A stretch of 59,218 nucleotides of DNA, counting the filler, from Ionaspis alba (Eukaryota): assembly GCA_964255285.1 (NCBI GenBank). It is 5 parts of 5 records of this genome, joined end to end, with 100 filler letters (N's around TTAATTAATTAA, not from the genome) between each part and the next. Parts side by side here need not be neighbours in the genome. Positions count along the whole stretch, not along the records: positions 11,908 to 23,684 come from CAXUUL010000540.1; positions 23,785 to 35,535 come from CAXUUL010000541.1; 3 more parts are not named here. One strand, given 5' to 3'. The position numbers were made by a program, and so were the translations under genes. The number at the start of each line of letters is the position of its first letter. Within the stretch, counting starts at the first letter, position 1. A model generated the notes under the pieces. That model searched no databases. It was given only the letters and a program-made list of their open reading frames with translations, and was not told the origin of the DNA. Below are positions 12,182-23,850 of the stretch, one piece after another.

Positions 12182-12948
12182 GATGAGGGGGAACTGAATG
12201 CTTGCTTGCAAGATTCAGAAGATAGTGCAAATCAGAAAACGTATATTAGTCGATTGGGAAGAAGTTTGCTTGCAAGGCAATTTGTATGACTCGAAAACCG
12301 GAGAACAAAGAGCTTTGGAGGAAGAAAAGTGAGATGTAACTTGTACCGTTGGCCATCCCCCAGTAGGAAGAACCAAGGAGCAGGAGGCTCGTGGGGCAGT
12401 GTTAGTCCAATTTTTGGTTAGCAAAGAATATGCAACACGTTGAATGTGTGCATTAAGGTACGCTATCTAGCTGATAAGCGATTACTGCCAGTTACGGAAG
12501 TGGCTTTAGTGTTGGAAGTGGATCATGGCGGAGGAAGGAAGAGAAGTTCGAGACTCGAAGTCCCAGATGTTGTTTGCCCAACAGCCCTTCTTTGCGGCCG
12601 GTTGGTTGGCGGCGAATAAAGCCGGGCCGCTTGCAATATGGCCTTAATTTTAGAGCCTCTTCGTGCCTGGTCCCTGCGGGTCGAAAGCAAGAAAAGTCTG
12701 TCTTTGAGTATCTAGAACATGGTCTGGTATAAGATCCGAAGCATCAATAATTATATGAATACCTTGTACAGATCAACATGGTGTTTGCAGTAAGAAACTT
12801 TGGTGCATTTCTATGACACAGCCACAGAGCCTCACCCATTGCCAAGCCCCGCCACATGGCCTATGATCTCGGCCATTATCCGATAGGGCTGGAATATTTT
12901 CGAGCTTGAACCGAGCCTTGCTTTGGTATGCCATGATGGCATCCCATC

Positions 12949-13937
12949 ATGCCCCAAGAAGATGACATTCTCAAATCCAAAGATGTTCCCCCACCGAAGT
13001 CAACGGCTTCACCCCCTTCCCCACCTCGCCGATGGTTCACCACACCCGCCCCCATAAAGCGCCTCTTCGACACTTTTCCCCTCCAAACCCTTCCCGCAAA
13101 CCCGCTCCCAATTCGAAGTCCACGTCCTCTCACCAAACCAACCCTCTACATCTTCACCACACCCGAGAACGCCCTTACCGGCGAACCCTCCTTCAATCCC
13201 GGCTGCTTGAAATGGCAAACCTACCTCCTAATGCACGGGCTCGACTTCACCGTCACCCGCTCAAACAACCACGCCTCTCCTTCTGGCGCCCTCCCTTTCC
13301 TTCTTGCCCCACCAACCCCTTCGCAAGAGAATCCACTCCCGATAACTACAAACAAACTGCAGAAATGGCTCGCAGACCAAAATCTTCTACGCGACGAGCC
13401 CGAAAGCATAAGGTATGAGGCGTACATGTCACTGCTCGACCACCGAATACGACGGGCCTGGGTATATTCTCCCCGTCTGTTGGTCCCTATAAGTAGACTA
13501 ACAGCATCTAGCTCTATACTCTCTACCTAACCCCCAACCACAAGTCCGTTGCCGAGCCCCTCTACATCTATCCCAGCACGCGGACCGCCCTTGTCCGCAC
13601 CGCGCTCTCCCGTCAGCTGCAATCAGCCGCCAAAGCGGAACTTCTCAAGACGCATAAAGTCATCGATCCAGAAACAATCTACACCGAAGCAGAAGCGGCG
13701 TTCACGGCACTGTCTACGCTTTTGGGGGAGGACGAGTGGTTCTTCGGCGCCGAGCAACCCGGGTTATTCGACGCGAGTGTTTTTGCGTATACGCACTTGG
13801 TGCTGGATGAGGAATTGGGGTGGGTGGAAGGACGAATGAGGTGGGATTTGAGGGAGAAGGGAAACTTGGTGAGGCATAGGAGGAGGATTTATAGAAGGTT
13901 TTATGGGAAGGGGGCGGTGGGTAGTGGGAGGGCGTGA
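12949..13937 (+). CDS. SAM35: Mitochondrial outer-membrane SAM complex subunit Sam35 (metaxin-like, GST fold)
   Basis: IKRLFDTFPL, SFNPGCLKWQTYL, SNNHASPSGALPFLL; intron 13462-13511; C-terminal ALSTLLGEDEWFFGAEQPGLFDASVFAYTHLVL. Confidence 0.85.
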
Positions 13938-14567
13938 GAGGGAGAACAGATAGTAATGGAAAGTGGAAGCGGTGGGGAAGGATATGTAAGATACGATAGA
14001 CACGAAGGGAATTAAGCGGCATATAATGTGTCATCTACGGCCAGCCGCCAAATTCGCCTAGAGTCAAAGCATTTCTCTCAAACATGGAGTTGGATTGCTA
14101 GACAACCTTACTTCCACTTTCCCACAACCACTGCAAGACCTTATCGATTTCAGACCTGCTGCTCCTTGTAAGGAGACAACCAACGGCATATCCTGAAATA
14201 TGGGATTCCAAACGGGCCGAACCATACGAATCGTCAACCTCGATGTTTGTCTCCTCTACTCACCAATCTGCCTCGACGTTGCGCATCAAGAAAGCTGGCC
14301 ACTAATCGCCGCGCGATGAGGGCTTTCTTTTCCAATTGAGCTGCGAGTTTTCTGGCGAGGTAAATAATTCGTTGGCCTCGTCTTAGGATTGGCATTCGTG
14401 TGCTCGAACCGTGTCTCTGCATTTAAACATGCGGAGGATACTTCCGTTGGACCGTACGACATGAGCTTGATCGCCGGTCGTGGTTCTCGTGAGTGCATCC
14501 ACCAAAATTTTCATGTGTTGGACCTCGCTTTGCTGGGACGAATGTTAGGCCACCATTGCCTCAAGCT

Positions 14568-15805
14568 TTATTCCACAGCCAGAGTGTTCAGAATCATCTT
14601 GACAGCGCCAGCTTCCCCAGCTCCATCATCCACCGTCTGGACCATAATCATAGCCTTCTCAATCAACTGTCGCAATGTGTCCTTGCAGTACGCAAAACTA
14701 CCAGTTTTCTCCATGTAATTGACTGCATACTTCTTGACCGTCTCATCCGTAGTCTTCTGCTTAAGGATGTTGATCAACTGTAGATTTTGTGGATTGGATC
14801 GTATACTGTGTAGGATTGGAAAGGAGAATTTCCCCTCGGTAAGGTCTTCACACATGCCCTTGTTTTGTGTGTAGTCGGAGCTGGAAAGGTTCAGGTAATC
14901 GTCGCGGATCTGAAAGATAAGTCCGATCAAGCTCACGAGTGGTACGCAATCTCTGGATGATCGGAAACGTCAGGTTATGCTGCCACGAATGATTATGATC
15001 CATGGACTTACTTCTGAGTTTTGCTCTCAGCCTGCATAAGCTTGACAGCGAGCCTGAAGAGACCGCCGGTCTTGTTCCCTACCATTTCCATATAGTCTTC
15101 CTCGGTTGGACATGTCAAAGTGTCTCGCCAGAAGAGTTCCATCCCCTGCCCTCGATGTAGGTTGCAAAGTTCTTCAGTATATATCTGGATAGTTTTTGGA
15201 TTTTTGAGCTTGAACAACTCATGAAGAGCGCAGAAGTACACATAGTTGGCAGAATTCAGTGTCTGGGCTGTGCCGAAAATGCTATGCGCAACGGGTACAC
15301 CACGTCGAAGTAAGGACGAGTCTTCAACATCATCGACTCTACAGATTAGGTAGTTAGTCGAGGCTGACATTTCGCGATCAACAATGCGACGAGTTGGAGG
15401 CACTCACAGTAGAGACGCTGTATGCAACATGCCGATAACCTTTGTGATGATTACCAGACTCTCCTCCGGCACTTTGAGCCATACGTCAAATGCCGCAATC
15501 AACTTCTTTCTTATGTCTTTGCCTGGATGATCAACCATATAATCATATGGTCCCAAAAGTATCTTTTCCTTCTCCGCTGACCAAGTCATCCCGTCTACAG
15601 GCAATACACCATTCCTGATGGGTCTGGGTGGATCAGGCCCGCTAGGCATCGCTGTTGTGTGTAATTTTTTGCTTGGAGCGATCCAGTCGGCCTCGGGAAC
15701 GGGTTTCAAGACCGGCTTCGCCGCAGGGACGAAACCAATGTTAAGGCCGGTGGAGCTAGTGCGAGGAGGGATCGCGTTTGGGGAAGGGAAGCTTTCGGCA
15801 ACCAT
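14568..15805 (-). CDS. BTS1: Geranylgeranyl diphosphate synthase (al-3/BTS1 type), 3 exons
   Basis: [31 protein letters not shown] (first Asp-rich motif), [28 protein letters not shown] and [12 protein letters not shown]. Confidence 0.93.
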
Positions 15806-16506
15806 GATGCTTTGAAGTATAACTATATGGCAAGTGCTATGATGTGAAATTGCGGAAGTTCTAGCGGAGTGAACCGGGCCAATCGTGCCTAACGTGGTAG
15901 TGGCTGCCTGAAGTGCTACCAAAGCTCAGAGGCCTACGGAGATGATCGGGAAATTGGCTTGGACGTACAACGATCGTCAGCCTCGGTGTGTGCTCTGAAA
16001 AAAACACTCGGAATTGAAGCGTTGGAGATGCGAGGAGGAGAATTTACCAATGCTGTATCGACATGCTACTTGAATCAAGGTGGTCGCGGGGTAGCGATCT
16101 CATGGCTATCTTGACATGTGACACTTCCTGAATCGCCCTGACTCTAAAGGTAACAACAGCTCGAACAACGCGAGCTACCTCCAAAGTATTGTGCACAGTA
16201 GTCTGACCATAGAAGCGCGCCAAACAGACAGTGTAGATTCCACATCAACACCATCATATGTAATGCCCTGACGAACGATGCAGCCAGCCGTGCCAGCGCA
16301 GCCTCATCCGCGGTAGGTAGATCTGACCGAGGTTAGCGCCAGATGAGCGCTTCCCGGCCAACATCACAAATATTTACTGAATGTTGAAACCCTAATTTCT
16401 GGAAGCTCTTCCGGACTTCATCGCACAAAGATCTACCGCAAGATATCTCAAGCCTGCAAATAATTGAGTTTCTTGCTCCAGATTTTGTGGGACATCAATC
16501 TTTACC

Positions 16507-17534
16507 ATGGAATCCCTCCTTTCACTCTCCTTCGATTACCTGTCGTCCTTCGATGCAGGCAAGATTCGAAAAGGCCTCCGACAACTCGAAGGATTGCTTG
16601 CGCAAATCTGTCTCACAAGATCTGGAAACACACCGACACCTGATAAGCGGAGATCTGTAATTTCTGGAGCAAACAAAGAGCAGACGCCGAAAGAGTTGGG
16701 TCAATTGAAGGACGATCCGGCCTTTCGGGAGTTCTTCAAGCTGCAGGAAGGATTTGAGTGGAATGGTACAGTAACTACAATACATCGAGTGTCATGAAGT
16801 TTTCTAAGTGTACCTTCGTCGTCTAGTCGCCATACGATTGATCTCCTGCCTAGAGCGGCTTCTAGGCAAAGGCAGCAGTAAGCCTTCTTAACCAAAGCAC
16901 CCGAGCACACCACTGATGGTGCTCCCTCTACAGACGGACAAAATGATCTTCTCATAATCTCTACTCTTGACCTACTACAGGGTATACTGCTGATGCACCC
17001 ACCTTCACGTTTGCTATTTGCTCGAGAGCTCTACATGAACGTTTGTTTCCTTCCACTTCGCGTTCAACAATAGCCACAACTGACGTGTGATAACAGCTCC
17101 TTCTCGATCTCCTAGACCCGACCTCCTGCCCCGCAATCCACGCCTCCACTCTCCTGACCCTTGTCGCAACACTCCTCGCAACTCCAACCAATACTCGAAC
17201 ATTTGAAAGCCTCGATGGCCTTCTTACCGTCACATCCCTTTTCAAATCACGATCCACATCGCGAGAAGTCAAAATGAAAAGTATAGAGTTTCTTTACTTC
17301 TACCTGATGCCAGAAACACCACAGAACGGACATAGCTTCACGAGGTCCGGGTCCGGGACCAGTGCTAGGGAAATAGGTGATCGAAGCACGGGAGGGAAGG
17401 GGGCGAGTTGGAGTGGAGAAGGCACGAAGACTACTGAGGAAAAGCAGGCGCTGCTAGGGAAATATTTGAACAATGTTGAGGATCTGGTGGAGGACTTGAG
17501 GGAGAGCGCTCCGTTTGGAGCCGGGGGGCGATAA
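16507..17534 (+). CDS. cdc14: Septation initiation network protein Cdc14 (S. pombe cdc14 type, not the phosphatase), 4 exons
   Basis: MESLLSLSFDYLSS...KIRKGLRQLEGLLAQIC, DPAFREFFKLQEGFEWN|VAIRLISCLERLLG, LQGILLMHPPSR, EFLYFYLMPE and KTTEEKQALLGKYLNNVEDLVEDL. Confidence 0.85.
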
Positions 17535-17900
17535 TGTTGCGGAAGGAGGTGGGCTTTTGCAATTTCTTGAGGATGGTTCTTGCGTAGCGGCTTGAGGAAT
17601 ATTTTCGGCGTTCAGAAGTTCTGATGTGGATGCAACAGCGATATCATGGTTGATGGCGGGAGCTATGTCAGTTAAGATTAGGTCTCCTAGTGGCTATGCC
17701 AATGTATTTGGGGAAGACAGAAGTCAGACTCATAGGCGTAGGCCAATATAAAAGATCTCGGGCTTGCGATGGAACTCCAAATGGACTCAAAGCCGTAACC
17801 ACAGCATTATGTCACTATTTTTTGAGAGCGCTGGAGAGTCATCAACAGTGAAATCATCCCGGCCATAAGGTCTCACAAGATACAAGCTTCTGCGAAGGGT

Positions 17901-19250
17901 CTATCCACCATATCCTGGAACACCAGCCCAAGGAATGCTGGACAAGTCAAAGCCTCGTTCTTCGAAGGCAAGTCGGTCGTTTCCGGGTGCGAAATCATGA
18001 AAATTGTAAGGTCCAGCGCTCGTGCATGCACTTGGTCCGAACGTACCCCGGTTCTGCTGATGGATTTCTCCTGTTGAAGTTTGCTCCAAGGTCTCAATGG
18101 ACGAAGCTTTGGACGCTGGTGACGGTGAGGCATTTTCGAGAATTTCAGCGACTTCGACCTCCTCCATCCAGTTCTTCAGAGCCTTCATTGGCGGAATTGT
18201 TCCCTCGCTGATGCTACCACGTCGCTGCGCTCTACCACTTCTGCTTTGAGCACCACGATGTCTTGGATTGAAATGCACACGTCTCAGATGTGCTGCAGCA
18301 TTGTAGTATGCTCCATAAAGTTTTCTCGACCGGCAGTCTTTACAGCCTGCAAGCATAGCCTTGCCTGGAGAAGCGTCGACACACACCCATGCTTTGCGGC
18401 GAGTAGCATGGGCTCTTTCGACGTGGCGTTGTAGTTCATGCTCACCTCGGAAACCTCCTGGGAAAACATTGCATTGATTGCATTTTATTTGTGAAATTGC
18501 TGAACATTGTGTTGAGGGTGGAATGAAGTGTTCGGTCAGTCTCGATAACGCTCGCTCCCTTGTGCCAGAAGTGTTTGAGAAGAATGCATCACCGAGGCCA
18601 TGAAGCGTATGGTAGGAGCTAGATTCTTCGGTATTTGGCCAGCAAGTGATTTTCTCCTGTACTGGAGGGTGTTCTGACTTGTCTGGGCACTCTGTTGCAA
18701 GCCAGCCACTGGTGGTCACCTGAGTTTCGGACAGCAGTGGACCCCGATGGCTGTTCTGTACTGTATGTACAGTAATTGTATGGCGTATAAGATCCTGCTT
18801 GCGTTCGAAGACGGCTCTGCACCAGACGACTTCGCATTGGTGCGAGCTGTCCAGTAGGACTGTAGTCAGAGCTGGTATCTCCCAACATGGGAAGAGTACT
18901 GACATTTGAGGCCGAGACCGATTAAAGATTTCAGTCTCTATGACTGAAGCTTGATTTGCCACTTCAGCGCTTGACGTATCGTTCCGAGAAGGTTCGACAA
19001 ATCTGGGAAGATATATCACGGTCAGGTTGTCGTTCTTTGATAAGAGTTCCCATTGGAATGTTTGTCCCGGCCCCTCGAGTATGACTGCTCTCTGGAATAT
19101 GCATTCTAAGTTTTTGTTGAAACAATGAAAGCATCGCTGGTCACTTGGTTGCATAGCACATTGACGGTCTCGTTCTTGGCATAGTAAACACCTAAGGTTT
19201 GAACGGAATTCAACCAACGTCCCTTCGCTCATGGTAATTTTCTCTGCCAT
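17901..19250 (-). CDS. Putative transcription factor: N-terminal Zn2Cys6-like cluster plus KLAP1-like zinc-finger domain
   Basis: One long ORF with first ATG at 19250. CLLCQERDRQCAMQPSDQRCFHCFNKNLEC fits C-x2-C-x6-C-x8-C-x2-C-x6-C. Downstream: CNQCNVFPGGFRGEHELQRHVERAH...WVCVD...CKDCRSRKLYGAYYNAAAHLRRVHF. Confidence 0.7.
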   Translation of the reverse strand: MAEKITMSEGTLVEFRSNLRCLLCQERDRQCAMQPSDQRCFHCFNKNLECIFQRAVILEGPGQTFQWELLSKNDNLTVIYLPRFVEPSRNDTSSAEVANQASVIETEIFNRSRPQMSVLFPCWEIPALTTVLLDSSHQCEVVWCRAVFERKQDLIRHTITVHTVQNSHRGPLLSETQVTTSGWLATECPDKSEHPPVQEKITCWPNTEESSSYHTLHGLGDAFFSNTSGTRERALSRLTEHFIPPSTQCSAISQIKCNQCNVFPGGFRGEHELQRHVERAHATRRKAWVCVDASPGKAMLAGCKDCRSRKLYGAYYNAAAHLRRVHFNPRHRGAQSRSGRAQRRGSISEGTIPPMKALKNWMEEVEVAEILENASPSPASKASSIETLEQTSTGEIHQQNRGTFGPSACTSAGPYNFHDFAPGNDRLAFEERGFDLSSIPWAGVPGYGG

Positions 19251-20027
19251 GACAGTGAGCGATGGGACAGAAAAGTGGGAAGCGTTTCCTATGTATTTAA
19301 CTGCATGTTGCTTCTCTCCAATATTCGGTTGCGGTGACGAGATTAGGCTATTGGTGCCTATCTCGCAGCACCGCACCCTAGAAAGGTAGCGGTCGGGCCG
19401 CTTTGCTGCACCATCAACGGTACACTCCGTGAACAGCAATTCGACTGTAAAGCATATCGCACATGCTTATTGCACTGAGTCACATAGCTGTCGTAGGAAC
19501 AAGTTTTAGGCTGTTAGACGTCCGAACTTCCTTGCTTTGAACAGTGGTGGCGATCAAGCAGTCTGTATTAGCCCTGACTTTCCCCGACTGTCAGGATCAG
19601 CCGCTTGCCAAGGAGCCTCGGCACTTTCTGGATCTGTTTTCCTTGACGACCTCACTTCTCACCTACACCATACAAAATGCCCCTGATTCTCTATACAGCC
19701 GATGGCCTCATATGGTCATCCTTTCCGGCTTTGTATTGCCGTAGTCAGGCTGAGCACACTGCGCACGGCTATCCAGGACGGTTCCTCATGCGGCGACCTA
19801 TCATGTTGTGAGCCTCAAGCCATGGCGCCAAGCTGAAGCAGATCGCTATCAGTCTGTTCCTGATTTGGAAAATCGACGGTCTTTACTAAGCTTTTTTGAC
19901 AGTCCCATGGGACACTCTTACGACGCTCTTGGGGTTCATAATCCCCCAAGGCGGCCTGACCATCCCGTAGTAATCTCCTGTCCTTCTGTGCTTTCAAGAT
20001 CGAGTTAATCGAGCACGCCTTACTGCA

Positions 20028-21153
20028 ATGCAGAGCTTTCGTCTTTGGTTGAAGGTCCTGCCTTCGTTTATTTTCTTTATCGCTACGCAAGCCCAGTTGG
20101 ACTTTGTACCTGATACCTGTGTTGATTCTGCTGGATTCAACAAATGCTGGTCTGCAGCCACAAGCACGGGGAATGATTGCTATGCCAGGAATTGTGGAGG
20201 CGGCAGCGGACAGTGTACCAGTCCAAACAACTGTTTCAGTACATCCAAAGATCCCAACTGTGTCAGTGCATGCGTCTGTGTTGCGTACCAGTCGTGGATA
20301 AACTGTGCCCTTAGCAGCTGCTGGAATCAGGTACATCTCCTGTGTTCTCAACTGTCATCTCTGCTTTGTGTCGAAGATAGCTGGACCTCTGCTGAAATCA
20401 AGGCCTTGTAGGTCTACTCATGCGCTTACCAGAACCTCATCATTAATGCCTTGATGAATTGTCCGCCTGCTGGCGTCGGAGTAACCCTGCCGTATTTTCC
20501 AGCTCCTCGGGATGCTCCTGACAGCTGCTCATGCAACATCGGCTACGTGTACCGCAGGACCCGTACTTCGAGGACCTATACTCCTATTTGTCAGAACCAT
20601 GCTAGCAATTCAGCCGGGTATAATACTTGTACGTGTTGTGGTATAAGCGAAAGTGTCTCGACGTAAGTCTCCTCCCATTGAGGCTGAAACCTCGTCTTTC
20701 ATATTTACCATATATTTCATCCAGATTCTACAATGAATGCCCCAATACCGATCCTGCAGCCATCACTTTCTTCAATAACCTCATACCTGCGGGCGACCTC
20801 CTGCGACCCATCTGCCAGACCGCACTTCTTCCTTCCTTTAACTGTTCTGACATCGGCTATTCCAATCCTGGACAAACCGACAATGCTCCTTTCCTCAATG
20901 CCAACAATCTTCCCGCAAATGGCACCCAGACACTCTCCAATACAGGAGGTAGCATTACGAGTCCGATCAGCGACGCGACTCTGACTTGGACTCTTGGTAC
21001 CGGGCTGGTTGCAAACACAGCAACGGCAGCACCTTACCAAGCGCCTAATGCTGGAGCCACGACGGGGACAGGCAGTGGGGCCACTGCTACGACAAGTGCC
21101 AAGTCAGGAGGCAATGTTTTGGACGTGGGACTGATGGTGGCTAAAGCATGCAT
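20028..21153 (+). CDS. Secreted cysteine-rich protein, probably GPI-anchored/cell wall (3' end in gap)
   Basis: Signal peptide; introns 20331-20411 and about 20663-20724; about 20 Cys (CWNQ|VYSCAYQ, PYFPAPRDAPDSCSCNIG, CTCCGIS); Thr/Ala/Gly-rich tail running into the N gap. Confidence 0.75.
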
Positions 21154-21797
21154 NNNNNNNNNNNNNNNNNNNNNNNNNNNNNNNNNNNNNNNNNNNNNNN
21201 NNNNNNNNNNNNNNNNNNNNNNNNNNNNNNNNNNNNNNNNNNNNNNNNNNNNNGAAGATAATGACGATGAGAAATTAAAGTTCCCCGGCAGGAAAATCTG
21301 CCAACGACGTGGGGGTATTGATCCCGCTGAGGCTCGTAGATTGGTTGGTCCAATCGCTAGAGGTTATTGCAAAGTCCCCCAAAGCCCCCAGAACCAAGAT
21401 CTACAGTGCGGCAGCCTGCGGAGGTCACTCTCACCCAACCTGCCGCAATGGTGCGATTACTTAGTAGGGGACCCCACCACGAACCCGAGGCTACACACCA
21501 TCTATTTCTAGCTGACTCGCTCACCGACCACTCCCCTTCTACCAATTTCTCCACCGTCTCTGTGTACTCGTACAGACATCGGCACTCTCTAGATCAGCGT
21601 CTGCAGTGGGCTTCATTGAACGCTCTATATTCTTTGTTCGCAGCACTGCATATGGTTCGACTTTGTCTCCGAGAATACTGACAGCGCTAAAGAACGTTGC
21701 ATTGGAGACAAGAACATTGGGACCAGTCACTGGTTTTGGAGGATGCTAGACTCAGTCTTATTCTCCAACCAGGTGTTTTCGACGAGGTGTCGCCGTA

Positions 21798-23644
21798 ATG
21801 CCTACAGATGAGAGTGGCGATAAGTGGGCTTGGTGAGTGGTCATCAATATCATTTTACGACGAATTGCTGATCAAGGTAGCGAGCCTTGTATTCGCGGTC
21901 ACCGGTCGACGAAATGCGAGCATTTCGAGAGGTTCATGTTGAGAGTTAAGAAGCCCGGACGACCTCTATCGAGCTGTCCCCATCCCAAGAACAACTGCTC
22001 TTGTGGTCAGGAGAGGATCATGATGGTCAGGATACCAAAAGGCAATACAAACTGCTCACAGATATACAATTTCCAATGACAATGCTGATTCCCGCAGACT
22101 CTAGCTGCGTATGTGCCCCTGCGTACACGTTGGATGCGGATAGAATGCCTGTCAAGCCTGAAGAGTCAGTGACAGCTTACACATCTCCCCCGTCGACTCA
22201 AATGCAGGTGCAGCAGGCCCCAAACAACTATCGCGTGCAAAAGCGTGGCCAACGGACCGGAAGCATTGTGGATCCCCAGCTGATCGTCCGTGGATTTGAG
22301 GCAGGCGAACGACGTGCTACTCCTTCCCGGCCGCCGCCATCACACGAGTCAAATACCACCAAAGCTAGTACAGCGCCTAGTGACACCTCTACATCATTCG
22401 AAGTCACGGGAAGGGATCCGAATTACCAAACTCAGCCATATGAGTTATACTCCACATCAGCCGGTGATGGCAGTTCTGGTGGACGGTATTCAGTAAACGT
22501 GATGGGGAAAACAGCCAATGGCGCGGTCAATGGTCATACGAGCATTGGATTGGCGCAGCAGGCCAATAGTCCCTTGTCGGCTATGACCCAGCATACTCAG
22601 CAGAGACCAATGGGAGTGTCAAGCCAGTCGCAAATCTCCCATGCCATCCATCAGTCGTGCTGCCATATGGGTGGTCCTCCCGCAGACAAACAACAAGTGT
22701 ACAACTCCTTAAATGGAAGTAATGGACATACTCATGGAGAGAACGGATCCACTGGTCATATACAAAGCTCATCCTCCAATACTGCAAACTCTCATCTCGT
22801 TCGCACGCAAGACACGGGATGTCTTCACAACTTAATGCAGCCACAGATGTGTGATCGCAATCAAATCTCTTTATACAATCTACCATCATCGTACGCCACA
22901 TCTAGCCATCCCCTGAGTGCTAGGCAATTTGCAGAGCTCCAGATCAACTCGCAGAGTTCAATGCTGCAGCAACCGATTATGAACTCGGACAATGGGGTGT
23001 ACTCAAATGAGTCTCAAGAAGTCGAAAGCCAGATGTTCCAGCCCGCACACAATTGTCACTGCGGAGATGGTTGTAGCTGTCTGGGTTGTGCAGCGCATCC
23101 TTACAATCATACGACAAAAAGCCATGTTCAGGACCTGGGCCACATTCTCGCGATGGAAGCCAGCATGAATGAGACTTTGAGCAGGCCTGATCCACTCTAT
23201 GGCAACGGGAATAGAGGAATCGATGTCCACAATATGACGCCCGGAGCAAGACTTATGATGGCAGGTAATCTACCTTCACCAGTGAGCCTTCCTCTGGATT
23301 TCTTCAGTTCGGAAATTCAAAGCCCTGAAGCCTCTTCAACGTCGCCATCCAGGAACCGCGAATCACAGCCTGGCGCAGTGTACTCTTCATCGAATTATTA
23401 CACGATGGAGTTTGAGCAGGACCCCGCCGACTTTTTTTCTGTGTGTACAGATGTCACCGGTAGCTGTCAATGTGGTAGTGACTGTGCCTGTTTTGGATGC
23501 CTTACACATACAGGGCATGAAAATCAGACTTCGGTGCCCACCTCTACCAATTTTTCTAACGGATTCCCTTCGCCCTTGGCTCAGAATCATCCAATAGAAG
23601 ACACTTCACGTACAACACCCCCCGCTTCTTCTTGCTGCGGATAA
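21798..23644 (+). CDS. Copper-fist DNA-binding transcription factor (Ace1/Mac1/Cuf family)
   Basis: MPTDESGDKWAC|EPCIRGHRSTKCEH...KKPGRPLSSCPH with intron 21833-21880 and a second intron 22042-22097. Two Cys-rich repeats, CHCGDGCSCLGCAAHPYN and CQCGSDCACFGCLTH; ends SCCG. Confidence 0.88.
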
Positions 23645-23684
23645 TGCTACACAAATACATTCAAGCTCGATGTACGACTTTGTT

Positions 23685-23784
23685 NNNNNNNNNNNNNNNN
23701 NNNNNNNNNNNNNNNNNNNNNNNNNNNNTTAATTAATTAANNNNNNNNNNNNNNNNNNNNNNNNNNNNNNNNNNNNNNNNNNNN
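23685..23784. other. Artificial scaffold-joining linker
   Basis: N44-TTAATTAATTAA-N44. Confidence 0.97.
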
Positions 23785-23850
23785 AGACTTTCCGATGTCT
23801 ACCAGACCTCCCACAACAGCTTCCTACTCTCCATTTTCCCCGTACCTTCT

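Noticed and set aside
14568..15805. GGPP synthase as the core of a terpene cluster or part of the mycosporine cluster
   Set aside because: It has the primary-metabolism al-3/BTS1-type N-terminus, is flanked by SAM35 and cdc14 with no cyclase or P450, and lies on a different scaffold from the mycosporine genes.
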